DNA from: Paragordius varius
Lineage: Eukaryota; Animalia; Nematomorpha
Reading direction: 5' to 3'
DNA length: 64,000 bases
Assembly: GCA_964247055.1 (NCBI GenBank)
Contig: OZ176052.1
Span: 13,144,001-13,208,000, forward strand
Shown here: one piece after another, positions 1 through 12,500 of the stretch
Layout of the letters: each line of letters begins with the position of its first letter
Position numbering within the stretch: the first letter of the stretch is position 1
Position numbers and translations under genes: made by a program
Notes under the pieces: model-generated
Seen by the model: the letters and a program-made list of their open reading frames with translations, nothing else
The model's database searches: none
Told to the model about the DNA's origin: nothing

Positions 1-7
1 CTCTTTC

Positions 8-100
8 ATATCCGATTTTTACAACGATACTTTAAAAATTAATGTATAAAACTAGTCGCATCAATACTCAAGTTAAACTTTGTCCTTAAAAATCGGATAT
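8..100. repeat. Perfect 14-bp inverted repeat in each consensus monomer (atatccgattttta ... taaaaatcggatat, 65-bp spacer); first copy shown
   Basis: The reverse complement of 8-21 equals 87-100. The same holds at 185-198/264-277 and in most monomers. Confidence 0.97.
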
Positions 101-3100
101 TGGTCACGGTGAACAAAATTATTTTTTATACATTCTCTTAGTAAGACTACATCAAAATATAGAAATCGTTTGACAAACTCTTTCATATCCGATTTTTACA
201 ACGATACTTTAAAAATTAATGTATTAAACTAGTCGCATCAATACTCAAGTTAAACTTTGTCCTTAAAAATCGGATATTGATCACCATTGAACAAAATTAT
301 TTTTTTTACATTCTCTTAGCAAGACTAAATCAAAATATAGAGATAGTTTGACAAACTCTTTCATATCCGTTTTTACAACGATACTTTAAAAATTAATGTA
401 TAAAACTAGTCGCATCAATACTTAAGTTAAACTTTGTCCTTAAAAATCGGATATTGATCACCATTGAACAAAATTATTTTTTTTACATTCTCTTAGCAAG
501 ACTACATCAAAATATGGAGATAGTTTGACAAACTCTTTCATATCCGATTTTTACAACGATACTTTAAAAAATAATGTATTAAACTAGTCGCATCAATACT
601 CAAGTTAAACTTTGTCCTTAAAAATCGGATATTGGTCACCGGTGAACAAAATTATTTTTTATACATTCTCTTAGCAAGACTACATCAAAATATGGAGATA
701 GTTTGACAAACTCTTTCATATCCGATTTTTACAACGATACTTTAAAAAATAATGTATTAAACTAGTCGCATCAATACTCAAGTTAAACTTTGTCCTTAAA
801 AATCGGATATTGGTCACCGGTGAACAAAATTATTTTTTATACATTCTCTTAGCAAGACTACATCAAAATATAGAGATATTTTGACAAACTCTTTCATATC
901 CGATTTTTACAACGATACTTTAAAAATTAATGTATTAAACTAGTCGCATCAATACTCAAGTCAAATTATGTCCTTAAAAATGGTATATTGATCACCGGTG
1001 AACAAAACTATTTTTTATACATTCTCTTAGTAAGACTACATCAAAATAACGAAATAGTTTGACAAACTCTTTCATATCCGATTTTTACAACGATACTTTA
1101 AAAATTAATGTATTAAAATAGTCGCATCAATACTCAAGTTAAACTTTGTCCTTAAAAATCGGATATTGGTCACCGGTGAACAAAATTATTTTTTATACAT
1201 TCTCTTAGCAAGACTACATCAAAATATGGAGATAGTTTGACAAACTCTTTCATATCCGATTTTTACAACGATACTTTAAAAAATAATGTATTAAACTAGT
1301 CGCATCAATACTCAAGTTAAACTTTGTCCTTAAAAATCGGATATTGATCACCGGTGAACAAAATTATTTTTTATACATTCTCTTAGCAAGACTACATCAA
1401 AATATAGAGATAGTTTGACAAACTCTTTCATATCCGTTTTTACAACGATACTTTAAAAATTAATGTATAAAACTAGTCGCATCAAAACTCAAGTTTAACT
1501 TTGTCCTTAAAAATCGAATATATTGTCACCGGTGAACAAAATTATTTTTTATAAATTCTCTTAGTAAGACTACATAAAGTATAGAAATAGTTTGACAAAC
1601 TCTTTATATCCGATTTTTACAACGATACTTTAAAAATTAATGTATTAAACTAGTCGCATCAATACTCAAGTTAAACTTTGTCCTTAAAAATCGGATATTG
1701 GTCACCGGTGAACAAAATTATTTTTTATACATTCTCTTAGCAAGACTACATCAAAATATAGAGATAGTTTGACAAACTCTTTCATATCCGTTTTTACAAC
1801 GATACTTTAAAAATTAATGTATAAAACTAGCCGCATCAATACTCAAGTTAAACTTTGTCCTTAAAAATCGAATATTGGTCACCGGTGAACAAAATAATTT
1901 TTTATACATTCTCTTAGTAGGACTACATCAAAATATAGAGATAGTTTGGCAAACTCTTTCATATCCGATTTTTACAACGATACTTTAAAAATTAATGTAT
2001 AAAACTAGTCGCATCAATACTCAAGTTAAACTTTGTCCTTAAAAATCGGATATTGGTCACGGTGAACAAAATTATTTTTTATACATTCTCTTAGTAAGAC
2101 TACATCAAAATATAGAAATCGTTTGACAAACTCTTTCATATCCGATTTTTACAACGATACTTTAAAAATTAATGTATTAAACTAGTCGCATCAATACTCA
2201 AGTTAAACTTTGTCCTTAAAAATCGGATATTGATCACCATTGAACAAAATTATTTTTTTTACATTCTCTTAGCAAGACTAAATCAAAATATAGAGATAGT
2301 TTGACAAACTCTTTCATATCCGTTTTTACAACGATACTTTAAAAATTAATGTATAAAACTAGTCGCATCAATACTTAAGTTAAACTTTGTCCTTAAAAAT
2401 CGGATATTGATCACCATTGAACAAAATTATTTTTTTTACATTCTCTTAGCAAGACTACATCAAAATATGGAGATAGTTTGACAAACTCTTTCATATCCGA
2501 TTTTTACAACGATACTTTAAAAAATAATGTATTAAACTAGTCGCATCAATACTCAAGTTAAACTTTGTCCTTAAAAATCGGATATTGGTCACCGGTGAAC
2601 AAAATTATTTTTTATACATTCTCTTAGCAAGACTACATCAAAATATGGAGATAGTTTGACAAACTCTTTCATATCCGATTTTTACAACGATACTTTAAAA
2701 AATAATGTATTAAACTAGTCGCATCAATACTCAAGTTAAACTTTGTCCTTAAAAATCGGATATTGGTCACCGGTGAACAAAATTATTTTTTATACATTCT
2801 CTTAGCAAGACTACATCAAAATATAGAGATATTTTGACAAACTCTTTCATATCCGATTTTTACAACGATACTTTAAAAATTAATGTATTAAACTAGTCGC
2901 ATCAATACTCAAGTCAAATTATGTCCTTAAAAATGGTATATTGATCACCGGTGAACAAAACTATTTTTTATACATTCTCTTAGTAAGACTACATCAAAAT
3001 AACGAAATAGTTTGACAAACTCTTTCATATCCGATTTTTACAACGATACTTTAAAAATTAATGTATTAAAATAGTCGCATCAATACTCAAGTTAAACTTT

Positions 3101-3600
3101 GTCCTTAAAAATCGGATATTGGTCACCGGTGAACAAAATTATTTTTTATACATTCTCTTAGCAAGACTACATCAAAATATGGAGATAGTTTGACAAACTC
3201 TTTCATATCCGATTTTTACAACGATACTTTAAAAAATAATGTATTAAACTAGTCGCATCAATACTCAAGTTAAACTTTGTCCTTAAAAATCGGATATTGA
3301 TCACCGGTGAACAAAATTATTTTTTATACATTCTCTTAGCAAGACTACATCAAAATATAGAGATAGTTTGACAAACTCTTTCATATCCGTTTTTACAACG
3401 ATACTTTAAAAATTAATGTATAAAACTAGTCGCATCAAAACTCAAGTTTAACTTTGTCCTTAAAAATCGAATATATTGTCACCGGTGAACAAAATTATTT
3501 TTTATAAATTCTCTTAGTAAGACTACATAAAATATAGAAATAGTTTGACAAACTCTTTATATCCGATTTTTACAACGATACTTTAAAAATTAATGTATTA

Positions 3601-3625
3601 AACTAGTCGCATAGCAAGACTACAT
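3601..3625 (+). other. 79-bp deletion junction (gtcgcat|agcaagac) giving a 99-bp monomer
   Basis: Monomer positions 62-140 are missing relative to the homologous monomers near 1650-1740 and 10330-10420. The HOR offset falls from 1953 to 1874. Confidence 0.95.
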
Positions 3626-4182
3626 CAAAATATAGAGATAGTTTGACAAACTCTTTCATATCCGTTTTTACAACGATACTTTAAAAATTAATGTATAAAA
3701 CTAGCCGCATCAATACTCAAGTTAAACTTTGTCCTTAAAAATCGAATATTGGTCACCGGTGAACAAAATAATTTTTTATACATTCTCTTAGTAGGACTAC
3801 ATCAAAATATAGAGATAGTTTGGCAAACTCTTTCATATCCGATTTTTACAACGATACTTTAAAAATTAATGTATAAAACTAGTCGCATCAATACTCAAGT
3901 TAAACTTTGTCCTTAAAAATCGGATATTGGTCACGGTGAACAAAATTATTTTTTATACATTCTCTTAGTAAGACTACATCAAAATATAGAAATCGTTTGA
4001 CAAACTCTTTCATATCCGATTTTTACAACGATACTTTAAAAATTAATGTATTAAACTAGTCGCATCAATACTCAAGTTAAACTTTGTCCTTAAAAATCGG
4101 ATATTGATCACCATTGAACAAAATTATTTTTTTTACATTCTCTTAGCAAGACTAAATCAAAATATAGAGATAGTTTGACAAA

Positions 4183-6850
4183 CTCTTTCATATCCGTTTT
4201 TACAACGATACTTTAAAAATTAATGTATAAAACTAGTCGCATCAATACTTAAGTTAAATTTTGTCCTTAAAAATGGGATATTGGTCACCGGTGAACAAAA
4301 CTATTTTTTATACATTCTCTTAGTAAGACTGTATCAAAATATAGAGATAGTTTGACAAACTCTTTCATATCCGATTTTTACAACGATACTTTAAAAATTA
4401 ATGTATAAAACTAGTCGCATCAAAACTCAAGTTTAACTTTGTCCTTAAAAATCGAATATTGGTCACCGGTGAACAAAATAATTTTTTATACATTCTCTTA
4501 GTAGGACTACATCAAAATATAGAGATAGTGTGGCAAACTCTTTCATATACGATTTTTACAACGTACTTTAAAAATTAATGTATAAAACTAGTCGCATCAA
4601 TACTCAAGTTAAACTTTGTTCTTAAAAATCGGATATTGGTCACGGTGAACAAAATTATTTTTTATACATTCTCTTAGTAAGACTGTATCAAAATATAGAG
4701 ATAGTTTGGCAAACTCTTTCATATCAGATTTTTACAACGATACTTTAAAAATTAATGTATAAAAGTAGTCGCATCAATACTCAAGTCAAATTATGTCCTT
4801 AAAAATGGGATATTGATCACCGGTGAACAAAATTATTTTTTATACATTCTCTTAGCAAGACTACATCAAAATATAGAGATAGTTTGACAAACTCTTTCAT
4901 ATCCGTTTTTACAACGATACTTTAAAAATTAATGTATAAAACTAGCCGCATCAATACTCAAGTTAAACTTTGTCCTTAAAAATCGAATATTGGTCACCGG
5001 TGAACAAAATAATTTTTTATACATTCTCTTAGTAGGACTACATCAAAATATAGAGATAGTTTGGCAAACTCTTTCATATCCGATTTTTACAACGATACTT
5101 TAAAAATTAATGTATAAAACTAGTCGCATCAATACTCAAGTTAAACTTTGTCCTTAAAAATCGGATATTGGTCACGGTGAACAAAATTATTTTTTATACA
5201 TTCTCTTAGTAAGACTACATCAAAATATAGAAATAGTTTGACAAACTCTTTCATATCCGATTTTTACAACGATACTTTAAAAATTAATGTATTAAACTAG
5301 TCGCATCAATACTCAAGTTAAACTTTGTCCTTAAAAATCGAATATTGGTCACCGGTGAACAAAATTATTTTTTATACATTCTCTTAGTAAGACTACATAA
5401 AATATAGAGATAGTTTGACAAACTCTTTCATATCCGATTTTTACAACGATACTTTAAAAATTAATGTATTAAACTAGTCGCATCAATACTCAAGTTAAAC
5501 TTTGTCCTTAAAAATCGGATATTGGTCACCGGTGAACAAAATTATTTTTTATACATTCTCTTAGCAAGACTACATCAAAATATAGAGATAGTTTGACAAA
5601 CTCTTTCATATCCGTTTTTACAACGATACTTTAAAAATTAATGTATAAAACTAGTCGCATCAATACTTAAGTTAAATTTTGTCCTTAAAAATGGGATATT
5701 GGTCACCGGTGAACAAAACTATTTTTTATACATTCTCTTAGTAAGACTGTATCAAAATATAGAGATAGTTTGACAAACTCTTTCATATCCGATTTTTACA
5801 ACGATACTTTAAAAATTAATGTATAAAACTAGTCGCATCAAAACTCAAGTTTAACTTTGTCCTTAAAAATCGAATATTGGTCACCGGTGAACAAAATAAT
5901 TTTTTATACATTCTCTTAGTAGGACTACATGAAAATATAGAGATAGTGTGGCAAACTCTTTCATATACGATTTTTACAACGTACTTTAAAAATTAATGTA
6001 TAAAACTAGTCGCATCAATACTCAAGTTAAACTTTGTCCTTAAAAATCGGATATTGGTCACGGTGAACAAAATTATTTTTTATACATTCTCTTAGTAAGA
6101 CTACATCAAAATATAGAAATCGTTTGACAAACTCTTTCATATCCGATTTTTACAACGATACTTTAAAAATTAATGTATAAAAGTAGTCGCATCAATACTC
6201 AAGTCAAATTATGTCCTTAAAAATGGGATATTGATCACCGGTGAACAAAATTATTTTTTATACATTCTCTTAGCAAGACTACATCAAAATATAGAGATAG
6301 TTTGACAAACTCTTTCATATCCGTTTTTACAACGATACTTTAAAAATTAATGTATAAAACTAGCCGCATCAATACTCAAGTTAAACTTTGTCCTTAAAAA
6401 TCGAATATTGGTCACCGGTGAACAAAATAATTTTTTATACATTCTCTTAGTAGGACTACATCAAAATATAGAGATAGTTTGGCAAACTCTTTCATATCCG
6501 ATTTTTACAACGATACTTTAAAAATTAATGTATAAAACTAGTCGCATCAATACTCATGTTAAACTTTGTCCTTAAAAATCGGATATTGGTCACGGTGAAC
6601 AAAATTATTTTTTATACATTCTCTTAGTAAGACTACATCAAAATATAGAAATAGTTTGACAAACTCTTTCATATCCGATTTTTACAACGATACTTTAAAA
6701 ATTAATGTATTAAACTAGTCGCATCAATACTCAAGTTAAACTTTGTCCTTAAAAATCGAATATTGGTCACCGGTGAACAAAATTATTTTTTATACATTCT
6801 CTTAGTAAGACTACATAAAATATAGAGATAGTTTGACAAACTCTTTCATA
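4183..6850 (+). repeat. 8-monomer HOR, period 1418 bp, ~2 copies; repeated at about 10986-13650 with period 1414
   Basis: Marker gtgtggcaaa is at 4528, 5946, 11331 and 12745. Homologous monomer starts are 4183/5601 and 10986/12400. A 4-bp deletion near 11931 explains 1414 versus 1418. Confidence 0.9.
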
Positions 6851-6899
6851 TCCGATTTTTACAACGATATTTTAAAAATTAATGTATTAAACTAGTCGC

Positions 6900-9590
6900 A
6901 TCAATACTCAAGTTAAACTTTGTCCTTAAAAATCGGATATTGGTCACCGGTGAACAAAATAATTTTTTATACATTCTCTTAGTAAGACTACATCAAAATA
7001 TGGAGATAGTTTGACAAACTCTTTCATATCCGATTTTTACAACGATACTTTAAAAAATAATGTATTAAACTAGTCGCATCAATACTCAAGTTAAACTTTG
7101 TCCTTAAAAATCGGATATTGGTCACCGGTGAACAAAATTATTTTTTATACATTCTCTTAGCAAGACTACATCAAAATATGGAGATAGTTTGACAAACTCT
7201 TTCATATCCGATTTTTACAACGATACTTTAAAAAATAATGTATTAAACTAGTCGATCAATACTCAAGTTAAACTTTGTCCTTAAAAATCGGATATTGGTC
7301 ACCGGTGAAAAAAATTATTTTTTATACATTCTCTTAGCAAGACTACATGAAAATATAGAGATAGTTTGACAAACTCTTTCATATCCGATTTTTACAACGA
7401 TACTTTAAAAATTAATGTATAACAGTAGTCGCATCAATACTCAAGTCAAATTATGTCCTTAAAAATGGTATATTGATCACCGGTGAACAAAACTATTTTT
7501 TATACATTCTCTTAGTAAGACTACATCAAAATAACGAAATAGTTTGACAAACTCTTTCATATCCGATTTTAACAACGATACTTTAAAAATTAATGTATTA
7601 AAATAGTCGCATCAATACTCAAGTTAAACTTTGTCCTTAAAAATCGGATATTGGTCACCGGTGAACAAAATTATTTTTTATACATTCTCTTAGCAAGACT
7701 ACATCAAAATATAGAGATAGTAAATCGCATCAATACTCAAGTTAAACTTTGTCCTTAAAAATCGGATATTGGTCACCGGTGAACAAATCTATTTTTTATA
7801 CATTCTCTTAGTAGGTCTACATCAAAATATAGAGATAGTTTAGCAAACTCTTTCATATCCGATTTTTACAACGATACTTTAAAAATTAATGTATTAAACT
7901 AGTCGCATCAAAACTCAAGTTAAACTTTGTCCTTAAAAATCGGATATTGGTCACCGGTGAACAAAATAATTTTTTATACATTCTCTTAGTAAGACTACAT
8001 CAAAATATAGAGATAGTTTGACAAACTCTTTCATATCCGATTTTAACAACGATACTTTAAAAATTAATGTATTAAACTAGTCGCATCAATACTCAAGTTA
8101 AACTTTGTCCTTAAAAATCGGATATTAGTCACCGGTGAACAAAATAATTTTTTATACATTCTCTTAGTAAGACTACATCAAAATATGGAGATAGTTTGAC
8201 AAACTCTTTCATATCCGATTTTTACAACGATACTTTAAAAAATAATGTATTAAACTAGTCGCATCAATACTCAAGTTAAACTTTGTCCTTAAAAATCGGA
8301 TATTGGTCACCGGTGAACAAAATAATTTTTTATACATTCTCTTAGTAAGACTACATCAAAATATGGAGATAGTTTGACAAACTCTTTCATATCCGATTTT
8401 TACAACGATACTTTAAAAAATAATGTATTAAACTAGTCGCATCAATACTCAAGTTAAACTTTGTCCTTAAAAATCGGATATTGGTCACCGGTGAACAAAA
8501 TTATTTTTTATACATTCTCTTAGCAAGACTACATCAAAATATGGAGATAGTTTGACAAACTCTTTCATATCCGATTTTTACAACGATACTTTAAAAAATA
8601 ATGTATTAAACTAGTCGATCAATACTCAAGTTAAACTTTGTCCTTAAAAATCGGATATTGGTCACCGGTGAACAAAATTATTTTTTATACATTCTCTTAG
8701 CAAGACTACATCAAAATATAGAGATAGTTTGACAAACTCTTTCATATCCGATTTTTACAACGATACTTTAAAAATTAATGTATAACAGTAGTCGCATCAA
8801 TACTCAAGTCAAATTATGTCCTTAAAAATGGTATATTGATCACCGGTGAACAAAACTATTTTTTATACATTCTCTTAGTAAGACTACATCAAAATAACGA
8901 AATAGTTTGACAAACTCTTTCATATCCGATTTTAACAACGATACTTTAAAAATTAATGTATTAAAATAGTCGCATCAATACTCAAGTTAAACTTTGTCCT
9001 TAAAAATCGGATATTGGTCACCGGTGAACAAAATTATTTTTTATACATTCTCTTAGCAAGACTACATCAAAATATAGAGATAGTAAATCGCATCAATACT
9101 CAAGTTAAACTTTGTCCTTAAAAATCGGATATTGGTCACCGGTGAACAAATCTATTTTTTATACATTCTCTTAGTAGGACTACATCAAAATATAGAGATA
9201 GTTTGGCAAACTCTTTCATATCCGATTTTTACAACGATACTTTAAAAATTAATGTATTAAACTAGTCGCATCAAAACTCAAGTTAAACTTTGTCCTTAAA
9301 AATCGGATATTGGTCACCGGTGAACAAAATAATTTTTTATACATTCTCTTAGTAAGACTACATCAAAATATAGAGATAGTTTGACAAACTCTTTCATATC
9401 CGATTTTAACAACGATACTTTAAAAATTAATGTATTAAACTAGTCGCATCAATACTCAAGTTAAACTTTGTCCTTAAAAATCGGATATTGGTCACCGGTG
9501 AACAAAATAATTTTTTATACATTCTCTTAGTAAGACTACATCAAAATATGGAGATAGTTTGACAAACTCTTTCATATCCGATTTTTACAA
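6900..9590 (+). repeat. 8-monomer HOR, period 1363 bp, containing one monomer truncated by 60 bp
   Basis: gtcgatcaat is at 7251/8614, the taaatcgc junction at 7721/9084, and monomer starts at 7019/8382. 1363 = 8x178 - 60 - 1. Confidence 0.9.
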
Positions 9591-12500
9591 CGATACTTTA
9601 AAAATTAATGTATAACAGTAGTCGCATCAATACTCAAGTCAAATTATGTCCTTAAAAATGGTATATTGATCACCGGTGAACAAAACTATTTTTTATACAT
9701 TCTCTTAGTAAGACTACATCAAAATAACGAAATAGTTTGACAAACTCTTTCATATCCGATTTTTACAACGATACTTTAAAAATTAATGTATTAAAATAGT
9801 CGCATCAATACTCAAGTTAAACTTTGTCCTTAAAAATCGGATATTGGTCACCGGTGAACAAAATTATTTTTTATACATTCTCTTAGCAAGACTACATCAA
9901 AATATGGAGATAGTTTGACAAACTCTTTCATATCCGATTTTTACAACGATACTTTAAAAAATAATGTATTAAACTAGTCGCATCAATACTCAAGTTAAAC
10001 TTTGTCCTTAAAAATCGGATATTGATCACCGGTGAACAAAATTATTTTTTATACATTCTCTTAGCAAGACTACATCAAAATATAGAGATAGTTTGACAAA
10101 CTCTTTCATATCCGTTTTTACAACGATACTTTAAAAATTAATGTATAAAACTAGTCGCATCAAAACTCAAGTTTAACTTTGTCCTTAAAAATCGAATATA
10201 TTGTCACCGGTGAACAAAATTATTTTTTATAAATTCTCTTAGTAAGACTACATAAAATATAGAAATAGTTTGACAAACTCTTTATATCCGATTTTTACAA
10301 CGATACTTTAAAAATTAATGTATTAAACTAGTCGCATCAATACTCAAGTTAAACTTTGTCCTTAAAAATCGGATATTGGTCACCGGTGAACAAAATTATT
10401 TTTTATACATTCTCTTAGCAAGACTACATCAAAATATAGAGATAGTTTGACAAACTCTTTCATATCCGTTTTTACAACGATACTTTAAAAATTAATGTAT
10501 AAAACTAGCCGCATCAATACTCAAGTTAAACTTTGTCCTTAAAAATCGAATATTGGTCACCGGTGAACAAAATAATTTTTTATACATTCTCTTAGTAGGA
10601 CTACATCAAAATATAGAGATAGTTTGGCAAACTCTTTCATATCCGATTTTTACAACGATACTTTAAAAATTAATGTATAAAACTAGTCGCATCAATACTC
10701 AAGTTAAACTTTGTCCCTAAAAATCGGATATTGGTCACGGTGAACAAAATTATTTTTTATACATTCTCTTAGTAAGACTACATCAAAATATAGAAATCGT
10801 TTGACAAACTCTTTCATATCCGATTTTTACAACGATATTTAAAAATTAATGTATTAAACTAGTCGCATCAATACTCAAGTTAAACTTTGTCCTTAAAAAT
10901 CGGATATTGATCACCATTGAACAAAATTATTTTTTTTACATTCTCTTAGCAAGACTAAATCAAAATATAGAGATAGTTTGACAAACTCTTTCATATCCGT
11001 TTTTACAACGATACTTTAAAAATTAATGTATAAAACTAGTCGCATCAATACTTAAGTTAAATTTTGTCCTTAAAAATGGGATATTGGTCACCGGTGAACA
11101 AAACTATTTTTTATACATTCTCTTAGTAAGACTGTATCAAAATATAGAGATAGTTTGACAAACTCTTTCATATCCGATTTTTACAACGATACTTTAAAAA
11201 TTAATGTATAAAACTAGTCGCATCAAAACTCAAGTTTAACTTTGTCCTTAAAAATCGAATATTGGTCACCGGTGAACAAAATAATTTTTTATACATTCTC
11301 TTAGTAGGACTACATCAAAATATAGAGATAGTGTGGCAAACTCTTTCATATACGATTTTTACAACGTACTTTAAAAATTAATGTATAAAACTAATCGCAT
11401 CAATACTCAAGTTAAACTTTGTTCTTAAAAATCGGATATTGGTCACGGTGAACAAAATTATTTTTTATACATTCTCTTAGTAAGACTGTATCAAAATATA
11501 GAGATAGTTTGGCAAACTCTTTCATATCAGATTTTTACAACGATACTTTAAAAATTAATGTATAAAAGTAGTCGCATCAATACTCAAGTCAAATTATGTC
11601 CTTAAAAATGGGATATTGATCACCGGTGAACAAAATTATTTTTTGTACATTCTCTTAGCAAGACTACATCAAAATATAGAGATAGTTTGACAAACTCTTT
11701 CATATCCGTTTTTACAACGATACTTTAAAAATTAATGTATAAAACTAGCCGCATCAATACTCAAGTTAAACTTTGTCCTTAAAAATCGAATATTGGTCAC
11801 CGGTGAACAAAATAATTTTTTATACATTCTCTTAGTAGGACTACATCAAAATATAGAGATAGTTTGGCAAACTCTTTCATATCCGATTTTTACAACGATA
11901 CTTTAAAAATTAATGTATAAAACTAGTCGCATACTCAAGTTAAACTTTGTCCTTAAAAATCGGATATTGGTCACGGTGAACAAAATTATTTTTTATACAT
12001 TCTCTTAGTAAGACTACATCAAAATATAGAAATAGTTTGACAAACTCTTTCATATCCGATTTTTACAACGATACTTTAAAAATTAATGTATTAAACTAGT
12101 CGCATCAATACTCAAGTTAAACTTTGTCCTTAAAAATCGAATATTGGTCACCGGTGAACAAAATTATTTTTTATACATTCTCTTAGTAAGACTACATAAA
12201 ATATAGAGATAGTTTGACAAACTCTTTCATATCCGATTTTTACAACGATACTTTAAAAATTAATGTATTAAACTAGTCGCATCAATACTCAAGTTAAACT
12301 TTGTCCTTAAAAATCGGATATTGGTCACCGGTGAACAAAATTATTTTTTATACATTCTCTTAGCAAGACTACATCAAAATATAGAGATAGTTTGACAAAC
12401 TCTTTCATATCCGTTTTTACAACGATACTTTAAAAATTAATGTATAAAACTAGTCGCATCAATACTTAAGTTAAATTTTGTCCTTAAAAATGGGATATTG

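Larger units (their letters stand above)
1..4250 (+). repeat. 11-monomer higher-order repeat (HOR), period 1953 bp, ~2.2 copies
   Basis: Copies start at 1, 1954 and 3828; the second is 79 bp shorter because of a deletion at 3612. Marker tcaccattga is at 281 and 2234. 1953 = 11x178 - 5. Confidence 0.93.

Noticed and set aside
8-100. Hairpin RNA precursor for siRNA or miRNA
   Set aside because: The perfect stems are only 14 and 11 bp, shorter than typical Dicer substrates, and there is no evidence of transcription in the sequence.
1-178. Identity with Arabidopsis CEN178 or alpha satellite; CENP-B box
   Set aside because: The length is similar, but the sequence does not match those consensuses as I recall them. 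There is no consensus HindIII site and no TTCG....A..CGGG motif.
1-178. 10-bp phased A-tracts (intrinsic curvature)
   Set aside because: A/T tract centres (about 18, 36, 50, 76-80, 90, 117, 125, 156, 171-177) are not evenly spaced by ~10.5 bp by eye. A curvature calculation would be needed.
1-178. Monomer as an ancient ~89-bp dimer
   Set aside because: Only short matches were found (catcaa 59/151, tttgtc/tttgac 79/170, aaaatta 35/116), with inconsistent offsets of 81-92. This is not convincing in AT-rich sequence.
348-380. Perfect bacterial -35 hexamer TTGACA once per monomer
   Set aside because: The sequence 17 bp downstream is ttttta, not a TATAAT-like -10. TTGACA is simply part of the agtttg-a-caaact palindrome.
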